Below are positions 9,317 through 20,210 of a DNA stretch of 64,000 nt, piece by piece. Source of the stretch: Bacteroidales bacterium (GTDB lineage Bacteria; Bacteroidota; Bacteroidia; Bacteroidales; 4484-276); assembly GCA_014860585.1 (NCBI GenBank), contig JACZJL010000143.1, forward strand, positions 2,543 to 66,542, in the 5' to 3' direction. The position numbers were made by a program, and so were the translations under genes. A model generated the notes under the pieces. That model was given only the letters and a program-made list of their open reading frames with translations, made no database searches and was not told where the DNA came from. Within the stretch, counting starts at the first letter, position 1, and each line of letters starts with the position of its first letter.

Positions 9317-10237
9317 ATGGAAACACTCAGAATCAACAATGTGAGTAAACAGTTTACCGGTCATCGTGCACTCAAGAATGTGAGTCTCACGGTTCCTCGT
9401 GGGAGCATTTTCGGGCTGCTGGGGCCAAACGGCGCCGGTAAAACCACACTGATAAGAATCATCAATCGTATTACGGCGCCCGACGAAGGGGAAGTCCTGT
9501 TTAACGGCGCCAGACTTACAAGGGAGGACGTTTCGCGGATCGGATACCTGCCGGAAGAACGCGGCCTTTATAAAAAAATGAAAGTTGGGGAGCAGGCACT
9601 CTATCTCGCTCAACTCAAAGGATTATCCAAATCAGAAGCTACAGAAAGACTGAAAGTCTGGTTTAAAAAGTTTGAGATCACCGCATGGTGGGACAAAAAA
9701 GTGGAGGAACTTTCGAAAGGGATGCAGCAAAAAATCCAGTTCGTGGTCACTGTGCTGCACAAACCTGAGCTACTGATTTTCGACGAGCCATTTAGCGGTT
9801 TCGACCCCATCAACGTCAATCTTTTAAAAGATGAAATCCTGAAAATCAAAGAAGAGGGGGGCACAATTATCTTTTCAACCCACAACATGGCTTCCGTTGA
9901 AGAACTTTGCGATCACATTGCATTGATTAATAATGCGGAGAAAATCCTTGATGGACGTGTGGATGAAATCAAACAGTCTTATAAGAAAAATCTGTTCGAA
10001 CTGACTTATGTGAAAAACAGTCATTCTTTTGCCACCAATCTGCCACAGGACTATCATCTGATTGGCGAGGAAATTGAAAATGGGTTCGCAAGGGCAAAAA
10101 TCCAGATCCCTTCCCAAACAACCCCCAACGATCTGCTGAAACTCGCCATTGCTGAGGTGGAAGTGCATGGTTTCACAGAAATACTCCCAACTATGAATGA
10201 CATTTTTATTTCAAAAGTGAACGAATACAAAAAATAA
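9317..10237 (+). CDS. ABC transporter ATP-binding protein (ABC-2/NatA-like)
   Basis: Walker A GPNGAGKTT, signature LSKGMQQK, Walker B LLIFDEP. Start chosen at METLRINNVSKQF. Confidence 0.88.
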   Translation: METLRINNVSKQFTGHRALKNVSLTVPRGSIFGLLGPNGAGKTTLIRIINRITAPDEGEVLFNGARLTREDVSRIGYLPEERGLYKKMKVGEQALYLAQLKGLSKSEATERLKVWFKKFEITAWWDKKVEELSKGMQQKIQFVVTVLHKPELLIFDEPFSGFDPINVNLLKDEILKIKEEGGTIIFSTHNMASVEELCDHIALINNAEKILDGRVDEIKQSYKKNLFELTYVKNSHSFATNLPQDYHLIGEEIENGFARAKIQIPSQTTPNDLLKLAIAEVEVHGFTEILPTMNDIFISKVNEYKK

Positions 10238-10246
10238 GTTGAAGCC

Positions 10247-11584
10247 ATGAATAAAATCAAAATCATCATTACACGCGAGTATTTGTCGAGGGTGAAGAAA
10301 AAGTCGTTCATTGTGATGACCATACTTGGCCCGATTCTAATGGCCTCCATTTGGGTACTCCCTGTTTTTTTGTCGACAATATCCACGGATGAAAAAACTA
10401 TTCAGGTGATTGACGAAACCGGCCTGTTTGCGCAACGATTTACTGACACCAAAACAATGAAGTTCATCCCCATTTCTGTTGATGTTGAAACGGCCAAGGA
10501 AAACCTGCTGAAAAGTGGCGATTACGGGTTGCTCTGGATCCCTCAAACAGAGCTTAGTGTGCCATCGGCAGGGATGTTTTATTCCACCGGTCAGCCTTCA
10601 CTTGATGTCACTTCGCATATCAAAAGTATCATGAAAAATGAGGTGGAAAGCCTCAAACTCGAGGCTTCCGGTGTGGATCCCGAAATTCTCAGGGCAATCA
10701 AATCCAACATTGTACTCAATACGATTAAAATCACCGAAAGTGGTAGTGAAGAAAAGAGCTTTACTGAAGTAAGCATGGGTGTAGGTATTGTTTCAGGTGT
10801 GCTTATTTACATGTTCATTTTTATGTTTGGAGCGCAGGTTATGCGTGGTGTGATGGAGGAAAAGACCAACCGCATTGTTGAAGTAATCATTTCTTCGGTC
10901 AAGCCATTTGAACTGATGATGGGAAAAATTGTCGGAGTAGCGCTTGTTGGGCTCACCCAGTTCATGTTGTGGATTGTGCTCACGCTCGGTATAGTCACAG
11001 TTTTGCAGGCAACCGTGCTTGATACTACCGAACTCACAAAGTCGGAACAATTATACACCGGTGGAGCAAAAGTACTTGATGCAGAACAGTTAAAGAACAT
11101 TTCGGAGCAGACACAATCGCAGGATTCATTCAATGTCCGGATTATCGAAGCCATCAGTTCGATCAATTATGGAGTGATGATTGGGGCATTCCTGTTTTTT
11201 TTCCTTGGCGGATATTTGCTTTATGCCGCACTTTTTGCTGCCATTGGATCCGCTGTTGACAACGAAACCGATTCTCAGCAATTTATGCTGCCGGTAACCA
11301 TCCCGCTCATCCTATCGATGGTAATGCTGGGTATGATCATCAATAACCCCTCAGGCCCGGTTGCTTTTTGGTTTTCAATCATCCCGCTCACCTCGCCAAT
11401 CATTATGATGCTGCGCATTCCTTTTGGTGTGCCATTATGGGAAATTGCACTTTCAGCAGGATTGCTGATTCTTGGCTTTCTTTTTACTACCTGGTTTGCT
11501 GCAAAGATTTACCGGACAGGAATTTTAATGTATGGTAAAAAAGTAAATTATGCAGAGTTATGGAAATGGATGAAGTACGAATAA
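10247..11584 (+). CDS. ABC-2 family transporter permease (NatB-like)
   Basis: 445 aa. An N-terminal TM helix is followed by a large extracytoplasmic loop and then about 5 C-terminal TM helices. It starts 10 nt after the ATPase gene. Confidence 0.75.
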   Translation: MNKIKIIITREYLSRVKKKSFIVMTILGPILMASIWVLPVFLSTISTDEKTIQVIDETGLFAQRFTDTKTMKFIPISVDVETAKENLLKSGDYGLLWIPQTELSVPSAGMFYSTGQPSLDVTSHIKSIMKNEVESLKLEASGVDPEILRAIKSNIVLNTIKITESGSEEKSFTEVSMGVGIVSGVLIYMFIFMFGAQVMRGVMEEKTNRIVEVIISSVKPFELMMGKIVGVALVGLTQFMLWIVLTLGIVTVLQATVLDTTELTKSEQLYTGGAKVLDAEQLKNISEQTQSQDSFNVRIIEAISSINYGVMIGAFLFFFLGGYLLYAALFAAIGSAVDNETDSQQFMLPVTIPLILSMVMLGMIINNPSGPVAFWFSIIPLTSPIIMMLRIPFGVPLWEIALSAGLLILGFLFTTWFAAKIYRTGILMYGKKVNYAELWKWMKYE

Positions 11585-11587
11585 CCG

Positions 11588-12421
11588 ATGAACTATTACT
11601 GCGTCAATATTTTATTTAAAGATAAATCCTCAGGTGATTACAGCGAAATTATCCCGGCATGGCTGAGCGACTGCGGTTTCGATAGTTTTACAGACGATGA
11701 CAACGGGATCAAAGCATTTATTCCAGAAACTGATTTTGATGAAAAAGCAGTGACCGAACAGCTTGAATGGATCAAACAGCAGGTTAATATTTCGTGGGAA
11801 TTCAGGTTTATACCGGACGAGAACTGGAACCGGGAGTGGGAAAAGAACTTCGATCCGGTGACCATTGCAGGCCGATGTATGGTGAGAGCACCTTTTCATC
11901 AACCCGATCCGAACATTGAGTTTGACCTCGTGATCATGCCAAAAATGTCATTTGGTACTGCTCACCATGAAACAACCCGGATGATGATTGAATTCATTCT
12001 CGAACAAGATTGGGAAGGCAAAGAGGTGCTTGATATGGGGAGCGGAACCGGAGTACTGGCCATCCTTGCTTCCAGAATGGGAGCAAAAAGAGTAGTTGCA
12101 GTTGATAATGACAGCTGGGCCTACGAGAATGCATGCGAAAACACCGAAAGAAACCTGGTAAATAATGTCACAACCCTCTTAGGTGATGAAAAAACAATAT
12201 CCGAAATGACCTTCGATGTGATCATCGCAAATATTAACCGGAATATTCTTCTCCAGCATTTGCCTTCCTACCTAAACTCACTCAAGTCAGATGGCAAGCT
12301 GTTTATGAGTGGTTTTTACGAAGAAGACATCCCCATTTTACTTGTTGAAGCTGATAAATCAGGTCTTGAATTCAAAGCTAAAAAATTGCTGAATAAGTGG
12401 GCTGCAATCATGATCGGGTAA
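11588..12421 (+). CDS. prmA: ribosomal protein L11 methyltransferase
   Basis: 277 aa. FGTAHHETT motif and the SAM-binding motif VLDMGSGTGVLAI. Confidence 0.88.
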   Translation: MNYYCVNILFKDKSSGDYSEIIPAWLSDCGFDSFTDDDNGIKAFIPETDFDEKAVTEQLEWIKQQVNISWEFRFIPDENWNREWEKNFDPVTIAGRCMVRAPFHQPDPNIEFDLVIMPKMSFGTAHHETTRMMIEFILEQDWEGKEVLDMGSGTGVLAILASRMGAKRVVAVDNDSWAYENACENTERNLVNNVTTLLGDEKTISEMTFDVIIANINRNILLQHLPSYLNSLKSDGKLFMSGFYEEDIPILLVEADKSGLEFKAKKLLNKWAAIMIG

Positions 12422-12608
12422 CAGAAAAGGCAATCATATCCAGTCATTTTTCCTGGCGATTCCTTCTTTTTCTTTCCAGGCAGGAAGCTTTGAAATGTTT
12501 ATGGGCAGTACCATTTTACTCCTTAAACTAAGTGGGCGAAAGGCAATAAAATCGCCATTTTCCCGCTATATTCATCGTTCAGTAAAAACAGGACCGATAT
12601 CGGAGAAT

Positions 12609-15600
12609 ATGTACTACAGGCTTTCAGTCGTGATTCTATTTTGTTGGCTCACCGGGCTGATGCTGAATGGCCAGCCATTGAAGTCGTTTACCCACGAGCC
12701 GGACGCATTTTTCGGGGAGTTAAATGGGATGTTCCAGTCCATACAGGTGCGTGATAACCAGCAAAAGGCTATTTCAACATTAAGCACATTTTCCGGATTG
12801 TGGAATGCCGGTAGTTTTTCGCCAGAACAGCAGCAAACTATTTATCAGACTGCTGACCTGATGTTATTACGTAAACTCAGATCATTCCCGGATTTCGAAC
12901 AATATCTCCAGACTTTAACAACCTTTAAATCGAAAAATATCGGCAACGATAATTTCGACATTTGGCTTACTGCTACCCTTCAAATGCTTGAAAGCAAAGG
13001 AAACGCCAAAGCTTTCGTTGAGTTACTTGGCTTTACCGGTGATTTTATCGAATCCGGAATACTTTATCAATCAAGGATTTTGACATGGTCAGCCGGAAAC
13101 AGCCAGTTTCGTTTTGGTTATGATTCTATTTTTTATGCTCGTTTTGATCAGTGCAATATTACCTGTTTCACAAAAAGTGATACTTCAGTGATTTACGAAA
13201 CCCGTGGTTATTATTTTCCTCTAAACCAGCATTGGAAAGGAGAAGGAGGCAAAGTCACCTGGCAACGGGCAAATTTGCCCGAAAACGAGGTTTTTGCTCA
13301 GCTTAATGATTATGAAATTGACATGAAATCTGCAAGTTTTGAAGCAAATCCTGTGGCGTTCAATCACAATAAATATTTCAGGGGTGCGCTTGTTGGTGCA
13401 CTCATTGAGCGTGTTTCCACAAATGCTGTCTCACCAGACAATGCGCTATACCCCCGCTTCGAGTCAGAGGTCCGTAATCTTATGATTACCAGCCTTTTCA
13501 GGGATGTAGACTATGAAGGCAGTTTTTCGATGAGGGGAGCAAAAATATACGGTAGTGGTGATGTGCGGACTCCTGCGAAAATTACTTTTAAACGGCCTTA
13601 CCGCGATAAAACAGGGAATTACGATTTACTTACTGCAAGATCCAATGAGTTTATTATCAGTCCTGACCGGATTACTGCTGAAACCGCCGCCATAACCATA
13701 ACCCATCAGGATGACTCTATTGTACACACAGGTCTTCAGTTTCGTTACCTTGACCAAAACAGAGAGATTTCGTTGCTCCGAATTAATCAGGGCATCGAGC
13801 AAAGCCCCTACTCAAACAGTTTTCACGATATTGAAATGGAGAGCGAAGCCATTTTCTGGAAGATGGATGAGGAGGTGATTCGGATGGGTGCGATGTATGG
13901 CTTAAAAAATCAAAGCACTGCTACTTTTACTTCGAACAAATTTTTTTCTGAGCAACAGTTCGACAACCTGATGGGAATCGACCGTAAACATCCTCTGCTT
14001 TGGCTGCACGATTACAGCAAGGAATTTAATACAAAGGAGTTTTTTATTGATCAAATGGCCACTTATATGAAGATACCGCAGAGCCAGGTGGAAGCTCAGG
14101 TCATCCGCCTGGCAACGATGGGATTTTTGCAGTATGATATAGGGAGGAAACATGCAGTTATCACCGACAAAGTGAATCACTATCTCTTTTCGAAAAGTAA
14201 ACTGAATGATTACGACGTCATCAGTTTTTTATCCAATGTTGATGACCGGATCAATGCAGAACTGAAACTCGAAAATTTTGACCTTAGTTTACGGGGAGTA
14301 CCTCAGGTGTCCATCAGCAATGCCAAAAAGGTTTCCATCCGTCCTGCAGGGCAGGAGGTAACACTTCGTAAAAACCGCGATTTTATCTTTTCAGGTTCTG
14401 TTCAGGCAGGACTGTTTGATTTTAAAGCAACAGAATGCTATTTTAATTATGACACGTTCAAACTGAATATGCCCACCGTGGATACCATGCGTTTTAAAGT
14501 ACAGTCGTTCGACATGGATCAGTTTGGCAAACACAGACTTGTTGATGTGAAGACGCCCATTACCGGAATCAGCGGTGAAATGCTGATTGACCGTCCGGGT
14601 AATAAAAGCGGACTGGTAGAATCTCCCCGTTACCCTATTTTTACGAGTACAACAGAATCTTATGTTTTTTACGATGACACGGCTAAGTTAAAGGAAGCCT
14701 ATAACCGGGAGCTGTTCTATTACTATTTGAAGCCTTTTACCCTCGAAAGCCTTGAAAACTTCGCCACAGAGTCTATTAAATTTGAAGGGTACCTGAATTC
14801 GGGAAGTATTTTCCCCGATGAAATTGATGAACCGATGGTGGTTATGCCTGACTATTCACTTGGTTTTCAAAGAAAGATCCCTGAAGCAGGTTATTCTGTT
14901 TACAAAGGAAAAGGAACCTATTATGACACCATTACGCTTAGCAAGGCAGGCCTGAGAGGAAATGGCCGGCTCGAATACCTGAACTCAGTATCAAAAAGCC
15001 AGCAGTTTATATTTTACCTCGATTCAGCGAATGCCAGCAAAGTTGAGTTTGATCTTAAGTCAAATGCGACAAGTGTTGGAGCTTTTCCGCCGGTAAAAGG
15101 GTTCAACTTAAATCAACATTGGATACCTTACAAGGATTCGATGCTGCTAAATACAACAGATTCGCCAATTGCATTGTTTAACGAAAGGGCTTTGTTATCC
15201 GGTTCTTTAACACTCACTCCAACCTTATTATCGGGCGCCGGGGAACTGGATTTCCTCAATGCTACTGCCCACTCAAATCATTATGAATTTACGGCCAACG
15301 CATTCAGTTCTGACACAACGAAGCTGGTGCTCAGAGATATTGATGTTTCCAATGTAATATTTAATACGGAAAATTACCGGGCCTATGTTGATCTGGATCA
15401 AAAAACCGGGAACTTTAAAACCAATGATATTTTTTCTAAAATTGACTTACCGGTAATTCGTTACGTTTCTTTTTTGAATGAATTCGACTGGTATTTCGAC
15501 CGCAATGAGGTTGAGTTATACAGCTATGTAAAGCCTGATTTACCGGGTCTTGACACGCTTACAATGGCTGAGCTGATTGGGAAACCGCTTCCCGGAGCTC

Positions 15601-17141
15601 AATTTATCTCCGTTCATCCGATGCAGGATTCGTTATCGTTTTATTCGCCACGTGCCAATTACAACATTACCGGGAATATCCTTACCGCGAGAGATGTTCA
15701 ACTGATCAATGTAGCCGATGCTGCCATTTTTCCAAGAGATGGCCTGGTCGAAATTCATAAAAATGGTGTAATTCAGCCGTTGATTGGGGCGACAATCATT
15801 GCCGATACATCCAACCAAAACCATATCATCACCGATGCAGAGGTTATCATTCAATCGGGAATTGACTATAAGGCCAGGGGAAAATATGCTTTTACCAATG
15901 CAATTGGTGAAGTGCACACAGTAAACTTTGATGAAATTACAGTAGATAAGGGATTTCAGACTATCGCTTCAGGAAAGGTGACCGAAGATGATCATTTTCA
16001 ACTGAGTCCCAGATTCGCTTTTAAAGGTGAGGTAACGCTGAATGCCCGCGACCCGCTGCTCGACTTTAAAGGGGGCTATATGGTCGTCCAGGACTGTGAT
16101 TCGTCGCTGTCAAGGTGGGTTGATTTCCAACAAAGAATTAGCCCTGAAGAGTTGATCATGCCCGTGCCCGAACAATTATTAGAGCAAGGTTACAAACAAC
16201 TTTACGCCGGAATTTTCCACTCAAACGAGGAAAACAGGGTTTATCCTGCGTTCCTTTCGAGGCGTTCTTATTACAGTGATTCCTTGTTGTTTTCGATGAA
16301 TGGCTTATTGAAAACCAGAAAGAAGGGTGCGGAATTACTTATTGTGAAAGCAGATCAGGCTGATTTGGGAGAAGATAGCGAACCTTCAGCACCTTTTATG
16401 AGATGGAATATTGATAATTGCACGATCAATGCGAGGGGAAAACTTTCATTCGGGCAAGATCTCGGACAGGTTAAAATGGATGTTTTCGGGCAGATTAATC
16501 ATTCCATATTCCAGGACTCAACATTTTTCGACGTGACTATTTCGGTTGATTTTTACTTCCCGGAAGAAGCCCTTGTTAAGATGGCTGAAGACCTCGGTGC
16601 AGCCAATAAACCAGCCATCGACATGAATGACCCGATGATCAGAGAATCCTTTGAAGTAATGATTGGCAAGGATGAATCCGATCAGGTCTTCGCCGATTTG
16701 AATCTGTTCGGCACAATAAAGCGAATGCCTGAGGGCTTAAAAAAGAATTTTATTTTTACCGACGTAAAAATGACTTATGACATCGATTCGCGCTCTTTCA
16801 TTTCCAAAGGAACCATCGGTGTGTTGATAATTAAGGGAAATCCTGTGTATAAGAATTTCGATGGGTATCTTCAGGTAGTAAGAAGGCGTAGTGGTGATGA
16901 ATTCAATGTTTACCTTGAACTTGAACGGGGACACTGGTATTTCTTCACTTATAAAGGGAACCTGATGCAGGCAGCCTCATCCCGGACAGATTTTAACGCA
17001 ATTCTCAGAGATATTAAGACAGAAAAAAGGCAGGATGAGCAAGGAAAAGGTGAGCCCGCCTATCGATTCACGGTTTCAGATACACAGACAAAAAATCGCT
17101 TTTTACGGAATATGCAACAAGAAGCCACTGATGATGAATAA
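12609..17141 (+). CDS. very large (about 1510 aa) hypothetical envelope protein with an N-terminal signal/anchor
   Basis: Uninterrupted ORF. I prefer the start at MYYRLSVVILFCWLTGLMLNGQ (ATG 12609; the track start 12495 adds a basic non-signal extension). I recognise no catalytic or sorting motif. The stop TAA at 17139-17141 abuts the plsY ATG at 17143. Confidence 0.7.
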   Translation: MYYRLSVVILFCWLTGLMLNGQPLKSFTHEPDAFFGELNGMFQSIQVRDNQQKAISTLSTFSGLWNAGSFSPEQQQTIYQTADLMLLRKLRSFPDFEQYLQTLTTFKSKNIGNDNFDIWLTATLQMLESKGNAKAFVELLGFTGDFIESGILYQSRILTWSAGNSQFRFGYDSIFYARFDQCNITCFTKSDTSVIYETRGYYFPLNQHWKGEGGKVTWQRANLPENEVFAQLNDYEIDMKSASFEANPVAFNHNKYFRGALVGALIERVSTNAVSPDNALYPRFESEVRNLMITSLFRDVDYEGSFSMRGAKIYGSGDVRTPAKITFKRPYRDKTGNYDLLTARSNEFIISPDRITAETAAITITHQDDSIVHTGLQFRYLDQNREISLLRINQGIEQSPYSNSFHDIEMESEAIFWKMDEEVIRMGAMYGLKNQSTATFTSNKFFSEQQFDNLMGIDRKHPLLWLHDYSKEFNTKEFFIDQMATYMKIPQSQVEAQVIRLATMGFLQYDIGRKHAVITDKVNHYLFSKSKLNDYDVISFLSNVDDRINAELKLENFDLSLRGVPQVSISNAKKVSIRPAGQEVTLRKNRDFIFSGSVQAGLFDFKATECYFNYDTFKLNMPTVDTMRFKVQSFDMDQFGKHRLVDVKTPITGISGEMLIDRPGNKSGLVESPRYPIFTSTTESYVFYDDTAKLKEAYNRELFYYYLKPFTLESLENFATESIKFEGYLNSGSIFPDEIDEPMVVMPDYSLGFQRKIPEAGYSVYKGKGTYYDTITLSKAGLRGNGRLEYLNSVSKSQQFIFYLDSANASKVEFDLKSNATSVGAFPPVKGFNLNQHWIPYKDSMLLNTTDSPIALFNERALLSGSLTLTPTLLSGAGELDFLNATAHSNHYEFTANAFSSDTTKLVLRDIDVSNVIFNTENYRAYVDLDQKTGNFKTNDIFSKIDLPVIRYVSFLNEFDWYFDRNEVELYSYVKPDLPGLDTLTMAELIGKPLPGAQFISVHPMQDSLSFYSPRANYNITGNILTARDVQLINVADAAIFPRDGLVEIHKNGVIQPLIGATIIADTSNQNHIITDAEVIIQSGIDYKARGKYAFTNAIGEVHTVNFDEITVDKGFQTIASGKVTEDDHFQLSPRFAFKGEVTLNARDPLLDFKGGYMVVQDCDSSLSRWVDFQQRISPEELIMPVPEQLLEQGYKQLYAGIFHSNEENRVYPAFLSRRSYYSDSLLFSMNGLLKTRKKGAELLIVKADQADLGEDSEPSAPFMRWNIDNCTINARGKLSFGQDLGQVKMDVFGQINHSIFQDSTFFDVTISVDFYFPEEALVKMAEDLGAANKPAIDMNDPMIRESFEVMIGKDESDQVFADLNLFGTIKRMPEGLKKNFIFTDVKMTYDIDSRSFISKGTIGVLIIKGNPVYKNFDGYLQVVRRRSGDEFNVYLELERGHWYFFTYKGNLMQAASSRTDFNAILRDIKTEKRQDEQGKGEPAYRFTVSDTQTKNRFLRNMQQEATDDE

Positions 17142-17142
17142 T

Positions 17143-17778
17143 ATGACAAACGAAATGTACATCGGTATTGGAATACTCACCGCTTACCTGGTTGGCTCAA
17201 TCCCCTCAGCTGTCTGGGTTGGGAAGATATTTTGGGGGGTTGATGTACGTAATGAGGGTAGTGGCAATGCCGGCGCCACCAACACCATCCGCGTTCTCGG
17301 GTTGAAAGCAGGAATTCCCGTGCTGCTCTTCGATGTTTTTAAAGGATGGCTGGCAGTTTACCTGGTTCACTTCCTTCCAATTGAACAATTGAGTACATTT
17401 CAGGCTGACCTGTTTAGGATATTTGTAGCTGTTGCTGTTGTCCTTGGACATGTATTTCCGGTATTTGCCGGTTTCAGGGGAGGTAAAGGAATCGCCACTC
17501 TGCTTGGTGTTGGCATCGCACTTTACCCTTATGCTGTTTTGGTAACGATTGCCATTTTCGCCCTAATGCTGATCATTTCAAAATATGTTTCCCTTTCATC
17601 CATCACCGCTGCTGTAAGTTTTCCTTTCCTTGTCTTTTTCCTTTTTAATACCGGTTCAACGCCATTGTTAATTCTTGCTGTTTTTGTCGGAATATTTGTC
17701 CCGCTGACGCATCGAAAAAACATCAAACGGTTGCTTAATCATGAGGAATCAAAGTTTAGTGTGAAAAAGAAGAAGTGA
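17143..17778 (+). CDS. plsY: glycerol-3-phosphate acyltransferase PlsY
   Basis: About 211 aa, polytopic, with the signature GSGNAGATN. Start chosen at MTNEMYIGIG; the track start 17035 would overlap the preceding gene by 107 nt. Confidence 0.88.
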   Translation: MTNEMYIGIGILTAYLVGSIPSAVWVGKIFWGVDVRNEGSGNAGATNTIRVLGLKAGIPVLLFDVFKGWLAVYLVHFLPIEQLSTFQADLFRIFVAVAVVLGHVFPVFAGFRGGKGIATLLGVGIALYPYAVLVTIAIFALMLIISKYVSLSSITAAVSFPFLVFFLFNTGSTPLLILAVFVGIFVPLTHRKNIKRLLNHEESKFSVKKKK

Positions 17779-17934
17779 CGCAATACGTTTTGACTTTTCA
17801 TTTTTAGTTCATCTCACTTTCAAAATTCCTGATTAATGAAAACTATCTTGCGAATCATGTCAAAACTGTCGACATTTTTTTATTCGTCCAAATTTTTACA
17901 AAAGAAAAACTTACTCCATTAACCGACAAGTTCT

Positions 17935-17942
17935 TATCTTTG
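17935..17942 (+). promoter_or_regulatory. possible -7 promoter box TATCTTTG upstream of dnaN
   Basis: Matches TAnnTTTG but lies 160 nt upstream of the dnaN ATG, so the assignment is tentative. Confidence 0.3.
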
Positions 17943-18103
17943 CACACGTTTTCAGGGAATTGGCTTTTGTCCTATGTTTCAACTAAACCCGTTACTAACA
18001 AAAGGTTAATGAAAAAATGACGATCATCCTGATAGCGTAAAAGCATAATTTGTAATATTGTAGCTGAAAAAAATCGTTAAACAATAATTAAATCTTTAAT
18101 CAT

Positions 18104-19231
18104 ATGAAGTTCATTGTATCCAGTACTTTTCTGCTTAAAAACCTGCAGGCAATCAGTGGTGTTCTGGGATCCAACAATTCGCTGCCCATCCTCGATGATT
18201 TTCTTTTCAATCTTGATGGAGACGATTTGAAAATTACAGCTTCTGACATTGAAACTACCATGACGGTACAACTCAAAGTGACGATGTCCGATGAACCGGG
18301 TATTGTGGCAATTCCAGCCAAAATCTTACTCGAAACCCTTAAAACACTCCCCGACGTTCCTGTAACTTTCACCGTCGATCCTTCCACATTTGCCATCGAA
18401 ATGCTTGCCGGTGAAGGTAAATACAAGATGAACGGTCACAATGGCGAGGATTTTCCCGAAACTCCTGGTGTTGAAGAGGGAAGTGAATTTAAAATCAATT
18501 CGATCGTGCTGTCAGAAGCCATTTCAAAAACCGTTTTTGCAGCCAGCAGCGACGAAATGCGCCCTGTAATGACAGGAGTTTTTCTCGATATGAAGCCCGA
18601 AAGCACTTCATTTGTGGCGACAGATGCACATAAGCTGGTGCGCTACACCAGGTTCGATATCGGTGTGGAACTTGAAGATTCGATCATTATCCCAACCAAA
18701 CCTTTAAACCAGATCAAAAATTTGCTTGGCGCAGAAGACCAGGAAGTAAACGTTGTTTACAACAAGAAAAATGCTTTTTTTGCTTTTGGAAGAATTCAAC
18801 TGATCTGTAAGCTCATCGAAGGAAAATACCCGAATTACACTGCCGTAATACCGTCAGACAATCCAAATAAACTGCAAATAGAGCGTGCTCCGCTCCTTAG
18901 CGCAATTCGCAGGGTTTCAATATTTGCCAACCAATCAACACATCAATTGCGGTTTTCGATTACCGGACGTTCTTTGGTCCTTTCAGCCGAGGACGTCGAT
19001 TATTCCAATGAGGCCCGTGAAATCCTCAATTGCAATTATGATGGCGAAGACATGGATATTGGCTTCAACTCGAAGTTTTTACATGAAATGCTTAGCAACC
19101 TTGACTCACCGGAGGTTATCTTTGAAATGTCGCAACCAAACCGCGCAGGGTTGGTAAAGCCCGTGAATGAAGAAGAGCGCCCCAACGAAGACATACTCAT
19201 GCTCATCATGCCGCTGATGCTAAACGATTAA
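18104..19231 (+). CDS. dnaN: DNA polymerase III beta subunit (sliding clamp)
   Basis: 375 aa. The N-terminus MKFIVSSTFLLKNLQAISGVL, the three-domain length and the C-terminal MPLML are typical of DnaN. Confidence 0.9.
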   Translation: MKFIVSSTFLLKNLQAISGVLGSNNSLPILDDFLFNLDGDDLKITASDIETTMTVQLKVTMSDEPGIVAIPAKILLETLKTLPDVPVTFTVDPSTFAIEMLAGEGKYKMNGHNGEDFPETPGVEEGSEFKINSIVLSEAISKTVFAASSDEMRPVMTGVFLDMKPESTSFVATDAHKLVRYTRFDIGVELEDSIIIPTKPLNQIKNLLGAEDQEVNVVYNKKNAFFAFGRIQLICKLIEGKYPNYTAVIPSDNPNKLQIERAPLLSAIRRVSIFANQSTHQLRFSITGRSLVLSAEDVDYSNEAREILNCNYDGEDMDIGFNSKFLHEMLSNLDSPEVIFEMSQPNRAGLVKPVNEEERPNEDILMLIMPLMLND

Positions 19232-19304
19232 TTCACCTGATTTTCCCGGTATTCCCAATAATCTGACAAGCGCATTCAATGCTGCGTAATCTTAACTGCA
19301 TGTC

Positions 19305-20210
19305 ATGTCTATCATTGTAAACAAGATATCAAAACTTTTCGGTGAACAAAGAGCACTTGATGAAGTGAGTTTTCACATCGAACCCGGGCAGATAGTAGGT
19401 TTTCTTGGCCCTAACGGCGCCGGAAAGTCAACGATGATGAAAATTCTCTCTTGTTTCATACCCCCAACATCCGGGCAAGCTTTAGTGAACGGATTTGATG
19501 TCATGGAGAACTCGCTCAAAGTGCGCAAGGTGTTGGGTTATCTGCCTGAGAACAACCCGCTGTATACTGAGATGTACGTCAAGGAGTACCTTGAGTTTGT
19601 CGGTGGAATCTTTAAACTGCCTAACCTTGACAAGCGCATTGAAGAGATGATTGAGATGACCGGTTTACAGGTTGAAAGACACAAAAAGATCGGAATGTTG
19701 TCTAAAGGTTATCGTCAAAGAGTAGGACTTGCCCAGGCGCTGATTCATAATCCGCAGGTACTGATACTCGATGAGCCTACTTCAGGACTTGATCCCAATC
19801 AGATTGTCGAAATCAGGAATCTGATCAAAACCATAGGTCACAATAAAACCGTAATGCTTTCCACACACATCATGCAGGAAGTAGAAGCGATCTGCGATCG
19901 GGTGATTATTATCAACAAAGGGAAAATTGTTGCTGACGGAAAAATTGAAAATCTCCAGCAACAAAGTAAGGGAAAAGAGGTGCTGCTTGTTGAATTCAGC
20001 AAAAACATTGAGCAGGCTAAAATTCAGGCCATCAGTAATGTTAAAGTTTTAGAGAAATGTGGTGAGAATACATGGAAAATAACAACCTCAGGGGGAATTG
20101 ATATCAGGCCGGCTATTTTTAAACTTGCAGTTGATCAGGACGCTACCGTGCTGACTCTTCAAAAGCAAGCCCACTCGCTGGAGCAGGTTTTCAGGGAATT
20201 GACCAATTAA
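19305..20210 (+). CDS. gldA: ABC transporter ATP-binding protein, GldA-like (gliding-motility-associated)
   Basis: Walker A GPNGAGKST, signature LSKGYRQR, Walker B VLILDEPTSGLD. The N-terminal 100 aa closely resemble Flavobacterium GldA as I remember it. gldF and gldG are not adjacent. Confidence 0.6.
   Translation: MSIIVNKISKLFGEQRALDEVSFHIEPGQIVGFLGPNGAGKSTMMKILSCFIPPTSGQALVNGFDVMENSLKVRKVLGYLPENNPLYTEMYVKEYLEFVGGIFKLPNLDKRIEEMIEMTGLQVERHKKIGMLSKGYRQRVGLAQALIHNPQVLILDEPTSGLDPNQIVEIRNLIKTIGHNKTVMLSTHIMQEVEAICDRVIIINKGKIVADGKIENLQQQSKGKEVLLVEFSKNIEQAKIQAISNVKVLEKCGENTWKITTSGGIDIRPAIFKLAVDQDATVLTLQKQAHSLEQVFRELTN

Noticed and set aside
17779-18103. 325-nt AT-rich gap upstream of dnaN as a possible replication origin
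   Set aside because: I found no DnaA-box (TTATCCACA or its complement) cluster, and dnaA is not adjacent. The only near match in the window (TGTGGATGG at 53841) is a single isolated site.
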